Made by a program: the position numbers and the translations under genes. A stretch of DNA of 64,000 nucleotides from Minisyncoccota bacterium (GTDB lineage Bacteria > Patescibacteriota > Minisyncoccia > Phycocordibacterales > UBA9973), in NCBI GenBank assembly GCA_041674285.1, contig JBAYVZ010000001.1, positions 165,129-229,128 on the forward strand. The letters run 5' to 3'. Positions 18,982-28,227 of this stretch are shown one piece after another; positions within the stretch are counted from its first letter, which is position 1; every line of letters begins with the position of its first letter. Under the pieces are notes generated by a model that was given only the letters and a program-made list of their open reading frames with translations, had not been told where the DNA came from and searched no databases.

Positions 18982-19287
18982 TTAATTTGAAGTTTTACTT
19001 AAATTAAAATTACTCTTTAGTTCTTCAGGTATTTCACCTTTATTCAGTTTATCTATTGTATTTTGATTTACACCTAGACTGTCTACTTGAGTCTTTAGGC
19101 TGTTCACAGTAGGGTCGACGACAAGGGTTTTAAAAACCATAGTGGGGATAGAACGGAGGTATGCCATATTTTCTTTAAACTGAGGAGATTCGAAAATACT
19201 TTTTAGATTATACTGAGTGACCAAAATCAGACCGATTATGACTATAAATAGAAACAGTACACTTCCCTTTTGTTTATTCTGTTGCAT
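18982..19287 (-). CDS. Small membrane protein (101 aa, hypothetical)
   Basis: A single N-terminal TM helix. Confidence 0.4.
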   Translation of the reverse strand: MQQNKQKGSVLFLFIVIIGLILVTQYNLKSIFESPQFKENMAYLRSIPTMVFKTLVVDPTVNSLKTQVDSLGVNQNTIDKLNKGEIPEELKSNFNLSKTSN

Positions 19288-19308
19288 ATATAGATAATAC
19301 CATTATGA

Positions 19309-20613
19309 TTATTTTTTGACCATTGCAGAAGTAATTTTTGGTAGGTACAACATCGGATCCAGGTATGCACTAGTAGGAGCGATAGGCATTATAAATGTCT
19401 TGCCGGCACAAGATATACTAGGCACAGTATCGACTCGCGCACCCTGAGATGCGTATACAGTCACATGCAAATGTGGACCCGTAGAGTGACCGGTATTCCC
19501 ACTATACCCTACGATGTCACCTGTACTCACCTCATCTCCAGCTTTTGCGGTATAAGACGAAAGGTGTCCGTATGTAGTAGATAGACCATTGTCATACTTT
19601 ATAAATACCCACTTTCCAAAAGATGCTTTCTTGCAATATAGATCTGTGTCTCCTACACCCATCACAACACCATTGGCCATAGATTTCACGGGTGTACCGA
19701 TCGGGGCACGAAAATCCACGCCAGAGTGAGATCCAGATGCATATAGACGCCCAGAAGCAGAAGTCTTGCCGAATAATTGAGTGATGAATACCTTATCCAA
19801 TGGCCAAGAAAATACCTCGGAACCAGCAGATGGTATCAGCTTTGGGTTCAACAAGAACTTTAATTTTGATTCATAATCTCTGATATCTTTTTCAAATTGA
19901 TCACGAATCTTGATCTGCTCGGCTAATATCTTTTTGTATTCAGCTTCTTTATTCTTAGTCTCCTGCAAAAGATTGTCTTTTTCTGATTTTGTAATCTCGA
20001 TTGTTTTCTGTTTTTGGACTAGGGTATTCTTGAGAGTTTTCAAATTTTTCTCCTCTATTTCTTTTTTGGTTTTAGATACGAGAAGTTGATCTTTGTCATC
20101 TGATAATTCTTCGATGGATTTATCGAGCTTTGTACTCACAGACATCACAGAATTGTAATTAAAAGAAGCATCACTAAGATCCTCGGATGATAGTATCCTC
20201 TCTAACTGTGTGATACTTTCATTTTGATATTGTTCGTATAGTAATTTTGCTATAACCCTACGACTGACATCTATATCACTCTGCGTCTCTTTTATGTCAC
20301 TATTCAATGTACCGATTACGAGACCTGTCTTTTTGATTTGTTTTTCAATTTTTTGTTTTTCTGCGAGCAGTTTAGATCTAGTCAAAGTCAGCTCTTTTAT
20401 GATACTCGCTAGAGTTGTTTTCTCTGAAGAAGTCACATCTATCATACCCTGATATCTAGCTATCTCGCGGTCAATCTTGGCTATCTCAGCACTAGCACTA
20501 TCTATGCGCTCCCTCATCTGCTCTGCAGTCTCGGCATTCACGTCAAAAGAAAAGAAGGACATATAAATGCCTATGGTTAAAAAAACAAATAGAGGTAAAA
20601 ATTTTATTTTCAC
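19309..20613 (-). CDS. M23-family metallopeptidase with N-terminal coiled coil (EnvC/NlpD-like murein hydrolase or activator)
   Basis: Signal/TM sequence, a long coiled-coil, and C-terminal LytM motifs (HSGVDF...G, GYSGNTGHSTGPHLHVTVY). Confidence 0.8.
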   Translation of the reverse strand: MKIKFLPLFVFLTIGIYMSFFSFDVNAETAEQMRERIDSASAEIAKIDREIARYQGMIDVTSSEKTTLASIIKELTLTRSKLLAEKQKIEKQIKKTGLVIGTLNSDIKETQSDIDVSRRVIAKLLYEQYQNESITQLERILSSEDLSDASFNYNSVMSVSTKLDKSIEELSDDKDQLLVSKTKKEIEEKNLKTLKNTLVQKQKTIEITKSEKDNLLQETKNKEAEYKKILAEQIKIRDQFEKDIRDYESKLKFLLNPKLIPSAGSEVFSWPLDKVFITQLFGKTSASGRLYASGSHSGVDFRAPIGTPVKSMANGVVMGVGDTDLYCKKASFGKWVFIKYDNGLSTTYGHLSSYTAKAGDEVSTGDIVGYSGNTGHSTGPHLHVTVYASQGARVDTVPSISCAGKTFIMPIAPTSAYLDPMLYLPKITSAMVKK

Positions 20614-20628
20614 CTCTACAGTATACTA

Positions 20629-22110
20629 CTATTTTGTTAAAATTTGAATTGCTGACTTCAATCTCTCTATTGTTTCCTTTTTACCCAATATTTCCATCAG
20701 CATAAATGGGTCTGGGGATTTATCTCTACCTGATAGAGCATATCGTATAGGCCAGAGAATATCGCCTCTACCCACTTCCTCGGCGTATGGCCAGATAGAT
20801 TCCTTTATAAAGTCTTTATTGAAATTCTCTTCTAGGATCCCGTCTACGATAATTATAGATTTATCAAGATATGATGCTAGTATTTCATATTTATTCTCTT
20901 GTGGAATTTTTGATGATTTAAAGAATAATACATCTTTTTCGTATACAGGCTTACCAAAATAGTAGACGAGCTCTCCAGCGAGAGCCATCGTCTCCACATC
21001 TAGGCCTTTGCTCACTCTATCTATAACTACAGGAGTTATATTGTGGACTATTTCATTTGAAAAACCAGGTAGACCCTTGATAGACTCTGGTATAAATTTC
21101 AAAATATACTCCTCTTGATCTTCATAAGAAAGTTTTTTCAAATACTCTTTATTTAGCCAATCCAATTTTTCATCATTGAATTGTGCTCCAGATTTCTGAA
21201 TACGTGAGATATCAAATTCATTGGCTATTTCAGATGCGGACATCACCTCTCTATCGTCACCAGGATTCCACCCTAGGAATGCCAAGAAGTTCACCATAGT
21301 CTCTGGCAAGTATCCCTCTTTTCGGTAGTCTAATATATCTTTGGCTCCGTCTCTCTTACCGAGCTTTTTATTTCCACCAGTGGCCATGATGGGTGGCAGT
21401 GTAGCAAAAATAGGTGGCACGATATCGAGTCCTTCATATATAGACAGGAATTTGGGAGTAGAAGATATGAATTCTTGGCCACGCATGACATGAGTCACAC
21501 CCATCTCTATATCGTCTACTATGTGTGCAAAGTTATATGTAGGATATCCATCCCCTTTGATTAGTATGATATCGTCGAGTGCTTCCTCTCCAGCAGAAAG
21601 ATCACCAAATACTAGATCGTACCATTCATACCTCTTTATATTTGGGACTTTGAATCGTAGAGGTGCCCTGCCGTCCCACTCTTTATCGTGGTCTGGTCTA
21701 TGCTCTCTATACAGGAATGGTCTCTTTTCTTCTTCAGCTTTTTGGCGAAATACAGCTACCTCTTCCTCTGTATAAGGATCAGGGTAGGCTAGACCTTTTT
21801 CTAGTAATTTCATCGCATATTTTTTATACAAATCCAATCTTTGTGATTGTATATATGGAGCATGTGGACCATCTATACCAGGACCCTCATCCCAATCTAT
21901 ACCTAGCCATTTTAGAGATTCAAAAATATGCTCGATTGAACCTGATACTTCTCGCTCTTTGTCTGTATCCTCGATGCGCAGGATAAAAGTACCATTGTTC
22001 CTCTTTGCCCATAGATAGGCGAACAATGCGGTACGAACATTTCCCACATGCATAAAACCTGTAGGTGAAGGAGCAAAACGTGTAACTATTTTTTTATTAT
22101 CTGTATTCAT
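20629..22110 (-). CDS. gltX: Glutamyl-tRNA synthetase
   Basis: Class I HIGH-region variant (VTRFAPSPTGFMHVGNVRTALF). The length and C-terminal anticodon-binding domain fit GltX. The related glutaminyl-tRNA synthetase is possible but less likely, given gatB is present. Confidence 0.85.
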   Translation of the reverse strand: MNTDNKKIVTRFAPSPTGFMHVGNVRTALFAYLWAKRNNGTFILRIEDTDKEREVSGSIEHIFESLKWLGIDWDEGPGIDGPHAPYIQSQRLDLYKKYAMKLLEKGLAYPDPYTEEEVAVFRQKAEEEKRPFLYREHRPDHDKEWDGRAPLRFKVPNIKRYEWYDLVFGDLSAGEEALDDIILIKGDGYPTYNFAHIVDDIEMGVTHVMRGQEFISSTPKFLSIYEGLDIVPPIFATLPPIMATGGNKKLGKRDGAKDILDYRKEGYLPETMVNFLAFLGWNPGDDREVMSASEIANEFDISRIQKSGAQFNDEKLDWLNKEYLKKLSYEDQEEYILKFIPESIKGLPGFSNEIVHNITPVVIDRVSKGLDVETMALAGELVYYFGKPVYEKDVLFFKSSKIPQENKYEILASYLDKSIIIVDGILEENFNKDFIKESIWPYAEEVGRGDILWPIRYALSGRDKSPDPFMLMEILGKKETIERLKSAIQILTK

Positions 22111-22227
22111 CCCGTTAGAGATAGGAAATGTTTACATTTCCGTATATTTTTAATTTTAGTAAATAATACGACTTATGTTTATATAATACTTAATGTTAGA
22201 GATAAAACAAACAAATCTCTAACGGGA
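22111..22227 (+). repeat. TIR-bounded intergenic element, subtype 1 (copy C), 117 bp
   Basis: CCCGTTAGAGATAGGAAATGTTTACATTTCC ... ATCTCTAACGGGA. The left terminus directly abuts the gltX start codon. Internal hairpin GGAAATG-ttta-CATTTCC. Confidence 0.85.
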
Positions 22228-22240
22228 GACCTATATTTTA

Positions 22241-23368
22241 TTAAGCTTCATGAGCAAGTGCCATATCTATGGCTTCTTGGGCTATCTTTGTAGCTGCGTC
22301 TGGAGTAGAGAAAGCTTTCGCTTTTTCTTTCATCTGATTCAATCTATCTGTATTATTCATAAGTTTATCGATCTCTGCTACGAGTACATGTGGTGTCAGA
22401 TTTGCCTCTTCTAGTACATCGCAAGCTCCAGCTCGAGCATAAGAGAATGCATTCTTTCTCTGATGGTCACCATTTGAATTTGTGATCGGTATGATGATAG
22501 ATGGCACACCCCAAGCTGCAATCTCGAATATCGTAGACCCTGCACGAGAGATGACTAGTGTCGCTGCGCCTGCAGCCATCTTTGTAGTTAGATTGTTTAG
22601 GTACGGATATGCCAAGTAACGAGCCTTGTATGGATTCTTTTCTAGCATCAAATCAGAGCGCAATTTTACTTCTTCAAAATTCTTTGGACCAGCCTGATGT
22701 ATAATCTGATATTTTGATATTAGATCAGGTAGCGCCTCGATCAATGTACTGTTTATGATTTCTGCACCCTGTGACCCGCCTACTACAAATATAGTCTGCA
22801 CATCACGACTGAGTTTAAAGAATTCAAACATGCCAGTAGTAGCGGCAGCAGATACTTCGCGTCGAACAGGCTGACCTACCCATGCAGTTTTATCTTTTGG
22901 AAACTGCTCACCTGCTTCTGGGTATGACACAGCGATACGTTTTGCAAATTTTGAAGCCCAAAGATTCAATCGTCCAGCACTAGAATCTGATTCATGGACG
23001 ATCACTGGTATACGCAAAATCTTTGCTGCGAATACAGCTGGGAATGAGGCATATCCGCCCTTTGATATAACTACATCAGGATATATAGAGAAGAGTCTAA
23101 TCAAGCCATAGAATAGGCCGGTAGCAGTTTTGAATAAATCCAAGAAATTTAAGATAGATGAGTATGTGCGCATCTTGCCTGCAGGCACACCCACAAATTC
23201 GATATTATTCTCAAAAAGCATCCTTTTATCATAAGGTGCATCTGACATATAATATAACTTTACATCTAGTATTTTCTCTTTATCTACAAGCTTATTTATC
23301 TCTTCGGCAATAGCGATAAGTGGATAAAAATGACCACCAGTACCACCTCCTGTCAACAATATTTTCAT
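22241..23368 (-). CDS. murG: UDP-N-acetylglucosamine--N-acetylmuramyl-(pentapeptide) pyrophosphoryl-undecaprenol N-acetylglucosamine transferase MurG
   Basis: MKILLTGGGTGGHFYPLIAIA N-terminus and GT28 C-terminal domain. Start placed at the internal Met rather than the track start at 23563. Confidence 0.85.
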   Translation of the reverse strand: MKILLTGGGTGGHFYPLIAIAEEINKLVDKEKILDVKLYYMSDAPYDKRMLFENNIEFVGVPAGKMRTYSSILNFLDLFKTATGLFYGLIRLFSIYPDVVISKGGYASFPAVFAAKILRIPVIVHESDSSAGRLNLWASKFAKRIAVSYPEAGEQFPKDKTAWVGQPVRREVSAAATTGMFEFFKLSRDVQTIFVVGGSQGAEIINSTLIEALPDLISKYQIIHQAGPKNFEEVKLRSDLMLEKNPYKARYLAYPYLNNLTTKMAAGAATLVISRAGSTIFEIAAWGVPSIIIPITNSNGDHQRKNAFSYARAGACDVLEEANLTPHVLVAEIDKLMNNTDRLNQMKEKAKAFSTPDAATKIAQEAIDMALAHEA

Positions 23369-23417
23369 AGTATTAGTATAGCTTATTTTTAAAAATTTGA
23401 AAAATAACAAACAAAAA

Positions 23418-23450
23418 CTGCTTAAAGCAATTTTTGTTTGCTTTAAGCAG
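23418..23450. terminator. Hairpin terminator between the 166-aa gene and murG
   Basis: CTGCTTAAAGCAA-tttttgttt-GCTTTAAGCAG. Confidence 0.55.
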
Positions 23451-23951
23451 TTAATAATCTTTCCCAAAGTCAGGTTGTGTACCGTATGTCGGATAGGAAT
23501 TATGTCTTTCCTGTTCTTCCCTACTACTATAGAGTAAATCTCTAAATTCATCGGCTTGTTCACTACGCCTTACTTTGTGTTCTTCTTCCATTTTAAATTT
23601 CTCTTCCTTCATCCACAAAAGTGCACCTTTGAGTAATTTATACTCTGAATGTTTTTTGTTCTCAAAAAAATCTCGATGGATCATATACTCATTTAGATTT
23701 TCAGCAGAAACAAATGCTTTCTGGAAAAGTTTAAAATTCCTCCAACAATAAATCATAGCCAGAATCTTTACAGTAATAACTTCGGGGATAGGGCAATTAT
23801 TTTCTTTTAAATAATTGAACACAATATCTTTGTTATGTTCTATGGGGTAGATACTCATCCTACCGTACATATCATCCATAACAACTTTATTCAAATGTTC
23901 AACATTAAAATCAAATCTACCTATTTTTAAAATTTGGTTTTCATTTTTCAT
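23451..23951 (-). CDS. Hypothetical protein (166 aa) inserted in the dcw cluster
   Basis: ORF only. Basic/acidic C-terminal tail. No motif recognised. Confidence 0.4.
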   Translation of the reverse strand: MKNENQILKIGRFDFNVEHLNKVVMDDMYGRMSIYPIEHNKDIVFNYLKENNCPIPEVITVKILAMIYCWRNFKLFQKAFVSAENLNEYMIHRDFFENKKHSEYKLLKGALLWMKEEKFKMEEEHKVRRSEQADEFRDLLYSSREEQERHNSYPTYGTQPDFGKDY

Positions 23952-24012
23952 GTCTTTATATTTTTAAGACATAGTACAATTTACACCCCCGATTAGTCAA
24001 TTATTTAAATAT

Positions 24013-24044
24013 TTACACTCCAAACCTTAAGGTTTAGGGTGTAA
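24013..24044. promoter_or_regulatory. Imperfect 32-bp palindrome TTACACTCCAAACC-TTAAGG-TTTAGGGTGTAA (copy 1 of 2)
   Basis: Inverted-repeat symmetry centred on TTAAGG. A related copy lies at 24568-24604. The two flank the wHTH/Cas2-like gene. Confidence 0.45.
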
Positions 24045-24050
24045 TTTTGA

Positions 24051-24548
24051 TTACTTGATTGTATACCCTTTTGCTAGTTTAAAAGTTTTAAAATTCTCAT
24101 TCAATTTTATCTCTTTTACGTATTTCTTAAAATCCTCTGGAAGTGGAGATGGACCCACCCATACACTACGTTGGATCATAATAAAATGAAATTGTCTCAG
24201 TTCCCTTCGGAACCAATTCCTAGCTGAAGTTTGATTGTCTGGTATGTCATAAATGATCAACAAGTCTTTAGGATCTTTATCTGTTTTTTCTGTTGAAAAT
24301 TTTTTAAAAACAATCTTTTCTTTTGATTTTAAAAACTTCTCGCCCAGCTGTGTTATAGAATATACACCGTTTAACTCTTTTATGTATCCTTTACTCTTTA
24401 GGCCAGAGCACCTACTAGCCAGAGTTTGATGTTTATAATATTTAAAATCAGGTAAACCCAAAAACCCTGTCTTGACGCCTTTATAACTAACAAATTTTTT
24501 GTTTTTATTTTTACTTAAATATTTTAGAATTTCTCTCTCTATACTCAT
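24051..24548 (-). CDS. Winged-helix DNA-binding domain fused to a Cas2-like / PaaX-C-like domain (putative regulator); tentative
   Basis: The N-terminal ~70 aa are HTH-like (SYKGVKTGFLGLPDFKYY...GYIKELNGVYSITQLGEKFL). The C-terminal ~90 aa carry a Cas2-like beta-alpha-beta pattern (LLIIYDIPD ... ARNWFRRELRQFHF ... IQRSVWVG). Assignment is from pattern only. Confidence 0.4.
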   Translation of the reverse strand: MSIEREILKYLSKNKNKKFVSYKGVKTGFLGLPDFKYYKHQTLASRCSGLKSKGYIKELNGVYSITQLGEKFLKSKEKIVFKKFSTEKTDKDPKDLLIIYDIPDNQTSARNWFRRELRQFHFIMIQRSVWVGPSPLPEDFKKYVKEIKLNENFKTFKLAKGYTIK

Positions 24549-24567
24549 AATAAAATTTTAGCACACT

Positions 24568-24604
24568 TTACATTTCAATCCGTAAGGTTTCAGGTGTAAA
24601 TCGA
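24568..24604. promoter_or_regulatory. Imperfect palindrome TTTACATTTCAATCC-GTAAGG-TTTCAGGTGTAAA (copy 2 of 2)
   Basis: About 30/38 identity to copy 1. It lies between the ftsW stop and the start of the wHTH/Cas2-like gene. Confidence 0.45.
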
Positions 24605-24627
24605 TAATAGATAGTAATTTTTTAAAA

Positions 24628-25731
24628 TTAAGCAGTTTTCTTTTGTTCTCGTGAGATGTTCAATATGATACCGATGATACCTGTAGCTAGGAGCAGATTC
24701 GTACCACCATGAGATACAAATTCTAACGGCACCCCCGTGAGCGGGAATACTCCGATGATAGATGCGATATTCATAAATGATTGAGCCGTGAACAGAGTGA
24801 TGATACCGATAGTAAATATCTTACTGAATGAGTCTGGCGAATAATATGCTATCTTGTACCCTCGCAAAGCAAAAGCTACAAAAAGGAATATGAGTAAAGT
24901 CGAACCGATGAATCCTACTTCTTCACCGATGACTGCGAAAATTGAGTCCCCTTGTGGTTCTGGAAGGTAATTGAATTTCTGTATACTCTGACCTAGTCCT
25001 CTACCAGCCACACCACCCGATCCCAGGGCGATCAGAGACTGCTGGAGCTGATAGGATGATCCTGATGGATCATATGATGGGTCCATAAAAGTTTTTACAC
25101 GCTCGAGAAGATATGGCTTTGTCATGACTAGTCCACCAAAAGCTAGCATCGCCACCATAATCATCATCAGTATATATTTCCATGGCATACCAGACACGAA
25201 TAGCATGACCAATGCGGTCGCAGACATGAGGATCAGACTCTTTGTATCAGGCTGATTGATCAGGATAGTAGCGATCAGCCCGAGTAGTACCACTAGTGGC
25301 AGCACGCTCCACCTCCAATCAGAAACCTTTGTCTTCACCCAAGACAGCCAAGCAGCAAAATACAGAACAAAAGCAATCTTAAGAAATTCCACAGGCTGGA
25401 AAGACAATCCAAATACATTGATCCACCTCTTTGCACCTCCATGAGAGAATCCGACATGTGGCACAAAGACCAGACAAGTCAGCACGATAGCTCCAATAAA
25501 TATATATAGCGAGTATGCCCTCCAGAATTTATACGGAATCTTCATCGTAAAAAACATAGCCACCAATCCACCAAGTAGCCCAAAGACAAATTGATTGAAC
25601 ATCACTCCGTAGAATTTCGCTTCATTCTTGGCAAGTATCCCCAGAGATGAAGAGGTAAACATAACAGCCCCTACTACTATGAGAGCCACAACTATACCAA
25701 AAAATACTTTGTCGATGTGTTTTGTTTTCAT
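24628..25731 (-). CDS. ftsW: Peptidoglycan glycosyltransferase FtsW/RodA (SEDS family)
   Basis: About 10 TM helices and SEDS motifs (GSGGVAGRGLGQS, LPEPQGDSIFAVIGEEVGFIG). Confidence 0.85.
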   Translation of the reverse strand: MKTKHIDKVFFGIVVALIVVGAVMFTSSSLGILAKNEAKFYGVMFNQFVFGLLGGLVAMFFTMKIPYKFWRAYSLYIFIGAIVLTCLVFVPHVGFSHGGAKRWINVFGLSFQPVEFLKIAFVLYFAAWLSWVKTKVSDWRWSVLPLVVLLGLIATILINQPDTKSLILMSATALVMLFVSGMPWKYILMMIMVAMLAFGGLVMTKPYLLERVKTFMDPSYDPSGSSYQLQQSLIALGSGGVAGRGLGQSIQKFNYLPEPQGDSIFAVIGEEVGFIGSTLLIFLFVAFALRGYKIAYYSPDSFSKIFTIGIITLFTAQSFMNIASIIGVFPLTGVPLEFVSHGGTNLLLATGIIGIILNISREQKKTA

Positions 25732-25848
25732 CCCGTTAGAGATAGGAAATGTTTACATTTCCGTATATTTTTAATTTCTAGTAAATAATACGACTTTATT
25801 TTTTAAACAACCGTAGTTAGAGATAAAACAAACGCATCTCTAACGGGA
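25732..25848 (+). repeat. TIR-bounded intergenic element, subtype 1 (copy D), 117 bp
   Basis: CCCGTTAGAGATAGGAAATGTTTACATTTCCGTATATTTTTAATTTCTAGTAAATAATACGACTT ... CATCTCTAACGGGA. It abuts the ftsW start codon and is >85% identical to copy C. Confidence 0.85.
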
Positions 25849-25854
25849 TTCATG

Positions 25855-26904
25855 CTAACTCACGATGTAGAGGATTACACCCAAGATAGAAGTAATAATG
25901 CTCACTACCCAGTATCTCATAACAACTTTGTATTTAGACCAACCCATAGCTTCAAAATGATGGTGCAATGGGGCAAATAAGAAAACCTTTTTACCATTTC
26001 TAAATTTACGAGAAAACATCTGAATCAAAACAGACAGAGATGTGATAAATAGAGGAAATGCAATTATAGGTAGCAAGAGTACAGTATCAGTTAGAAAGGC
26101 CAACACCGATATAGTAACAGTCAGACCCATCATGCCAGTCTCCCCCATATAAAAACGAGCCGGCGGAATATTGAACCAGAGAAATACGAGTATTCCTCCG
26201 GTTATCACAGCACAAAATGCTGCTAAATCTATCTGCCCATTAAAGAATGAGATAAAAGTATAAGCGGCAAATATAGATGCCAGAACTCCACCAGCTAGAC
26301 CGTCGACACCATCGATAACACTACCTGACCATACAGCTAACATGACTAGTATGAAAGCTGGAATAAATAAAAATCCTAATTCAACAAATCCATAACTAGG
26401 TATGTAGATAGAGCTGATCCCCAGCTTGCTATAGAACCACCAGCTGATCAGTACTCCGAGAACCAATATGATAGATAATTTTATAAAACGTAAAACCATA
26501 GGATCTCTCCTCCACATACCAGTACCAAAAATCTGTATCAGATCATCTCCCAGTCCGATAATAGAAGCCAATATCAATGTGAACAATGGCAATATTGTCT
26601 GTCCGCGAGATATGAAATACATCTTTTCTGTCCAAGCAGAATTATAAGAAATATTTAAAATAAGAAAAATAAAAATAGTAAAGAGTGCAGACATCCACAC
26701 CACCGTACCCCCGACACGAGGAGTAGACACCTCAGCCACCCCGTCATGAATCTTTTCAAAATCCCCCTTCACTACATTTTCATTGCGAGAAGTACTCTTC
26801 CACATCTTATATTTATAAAAATAATGAGTCAGAATTGGAGTCAGGAAAATACCTGAAATAAAAGAGACTGCTGCTGGTAATAATATTTTTATTGCATTAG
26901 TCAT
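25855..26904 (-). CDS. mraY: Phospho-N-acetylmuramoyl-pentapeptide transferase MraY
   Basis: Polytopic membrane protein with the FYMGETG motif and the LHHHFEAMGW motif characteristic of MraY. Confidence 0.8.
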   Translation of the reverse strand: MTNAIKILLPAAVSFISGIFLTPILTHYFYKYKMWKSTSRNENVVKGDFEKIHDGVAEVSTPRVGGTVVWMSALFTIFIFLILNISYNSAWTEKMYFISRGQTILPLFTLILASIIGLGDDLIQIFGTGMWRRDPMVLRFIKLSIILVLGVLISWWFYSKLGISSIYIPSYGFVELGFLFIPAFILVMLAVWSGSVIDGVDGLAGGVLASIFAAYTFISFFNGQIDLAAFCAVITGGILVFLWFNIPPARFYMGETGMMGLTVTISVLAFLTDTVLLLPIIAFPLFITSLSVLIQMFSRKFRNGKKVFLFAPLHHHFEAMGWSKYKVVMRYWVVSIITSILGVILYIVS

Positions 26905-27433
26905 TGTTTTGATTGTTGATTGTATTGTTTAATCGAGCGACCACATTCTCATAATCAGGTAGATCCTCTATCTTTGTCACGCCCATATATGACAGAGTTT
27001 CGATTGTAGGCTTGTACAGAATTCTCCTAGTGTCTTTTGAGTCAGATTCTTTTGCTACTAATCCTCGGACTAGCAAATTACGGAGAATAAAACTAGAATT
27101 CACTCCACGGATATAATCTATCTCACTACGAGTCACGCCATTTTTATACAGGACGATGGACAGTGTCTCTAGTGTCGCCTTGGATAATTCCTTTGTTATC
27201 TCATCTTTGCGTAGTGACTCTATTACAGGAGATAGCTCTTTTGATACAGACATCATAACTTCATCGCCATTGCGAACCAGGGCCACACCACGAGAAGATA
27301 GTGATTCAGAAAGAGAATTGCAGGCATTATCTACCTCCTCCATAGACACAGATAAAATATCGGCGATTTTCTTTATCGTCATACTCTCGCCTTTATAAAA
27401 AAGTAATCCTTCTATTTTTTGTTCTAATTGCAT
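26897..27433 (-). CDS. scpB: Segregation and condensation protein B
   Basis: Tandem winged-helix pattern (LEGLLFYKGESMTIKKIADIL, ETLSIVLYKNGVTRSEIDYIRGVNSSFILRNL). It overlaps mraY by 8 bp. Confidence 0.8.
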   Translation of the reverse strand: MQLEQKIEGLLFYKGESMTIKKIADILSVSMEEVDNACNSLSESLSSRGVALVRNGDEVMMSVSKELSPVIESLRKDEITKELSKATLETLSIVLYKNGVTRSEIDYIRGVNSSFILRNLLVRGLVAKESDSKDTRRILYKPTIETLSYMGVTKIEDLPDYENVVARLNNTINNQNND

Positions 27434-27465
27434 AAAATTAATTAAGTGAATTAATTCACCCCCCC

Positions 27466-28221
27466 TTAAGGAACGATTTGTTTACTAATACTCATATCTT
27501 CAAAATGATTGTTCTGCATCACGTCTATCAACCCTTCTCTGACTAATTCTAACATAGCGAGAAATGAAACGATAACATGGACCTTGACCTCACGATGATC
27601 CCCTCCTCCATGACTCTTTGCAAAATCTCGGAAAGATAAATTCATCGCATTTTGTATCCTGTCTGTCAGATTATTTATCATCTCATCCATGCTTATCACC
27701 TTTTTTATCTCTACTTCGGGTAATGGTTCGGCTTTCTTTGGAATATTTTGCAGTACTTCATTTACCAGACTTGCCATATTGGCGATAGTGATATTTTTAT
27801 CCGGAGAAAAAATAACTTCATTGAAATTCCTATCCAGTGGTGCATGGAAAATCTGCTGACCAAAATTCTCACGGACTTTTACACTCACATCTTTTACTAT
27901 CTTGTACAGAGACAATCTAGATTCTAGATCCACAATCTTTTCCTCTTCATCTTTTGATAGTGCTAGATTTGGCAACAATGATTTTGATTTGATTAAAATC
28001 AGAGTAGAAGCAATAAGAATAAAATAAGACACATCCGATACACTCTTTTCAGTCGGAATATCAGACATACTTTTAACATAAGAGATATAATCATTCGTCA
28101 CATCAGATAGCGATATCTCGTTAACAAAAAGCTTCCTACTCTCTATAAGAGAAAGTAGGAGCTCTAGTGGCCCTTCAAATGAACCTGCTTTTACTTTGTA
28201 AAATGTAGCAGTTTCTTCCAT
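27466..28221 (-). CDS. scpA: Segregation and condensation protein A (kleisin)
   Basis: N-terminus FEGPLELLLSLIESRKL, diagnostic of ScpA. About 250 aa. Confidence 0.8.
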   Translation of the reverse strand: MEETATFYKVKAGSFEGPLELLLSLIESRKLFVNEISLSDVTNDYISYVKSMSDIPTEKSVSDVSYFILIASTLILIKSKSLLPNLALSKDEEEKIVDLESRLSLYKIVKDVSVKVRENFGQQIFHAPLDRNFNEVIFSPDKNITIANMASLVNEVLQNIPKKAEPLPEVEIKKVISMDEMINNLTDRIQNAMNLSFRDFAKSHGGGDHREVKVHVIVSFLAMLELVREGLIDVMQNNHFEDMSISKQIVP

Positions 28222-28227
28222 ATTATT

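Noticed and set aside
22241-23563. Long N-terminal extensions proposed by the ORF track for murG (to 23563), trpS (to 31023), rsmI (to 14856), rplU (to 34654), the 8433 ORF and the 39832 ORF
   Set aside because: The conserved protein N-termini begin at internal Met codons (MKILLTGGGTGGH, MKKVLSGIKPTG, MEKGTLYIVATPIGN, MEFAVIETGG). The extensions run into upstream terminators or divergent genes, so starts were trimmed.
24051-24548. Interpreting the Cas2-like gene as evidence of a CRISPR-Cas locus
   Set aside because: No cas1, effector genes or repeat array occur within the window. The N-terminal wHTH fusion points to a regulator or toxin-antitoxin-like role. It is reported as a Cas2-like fold only.
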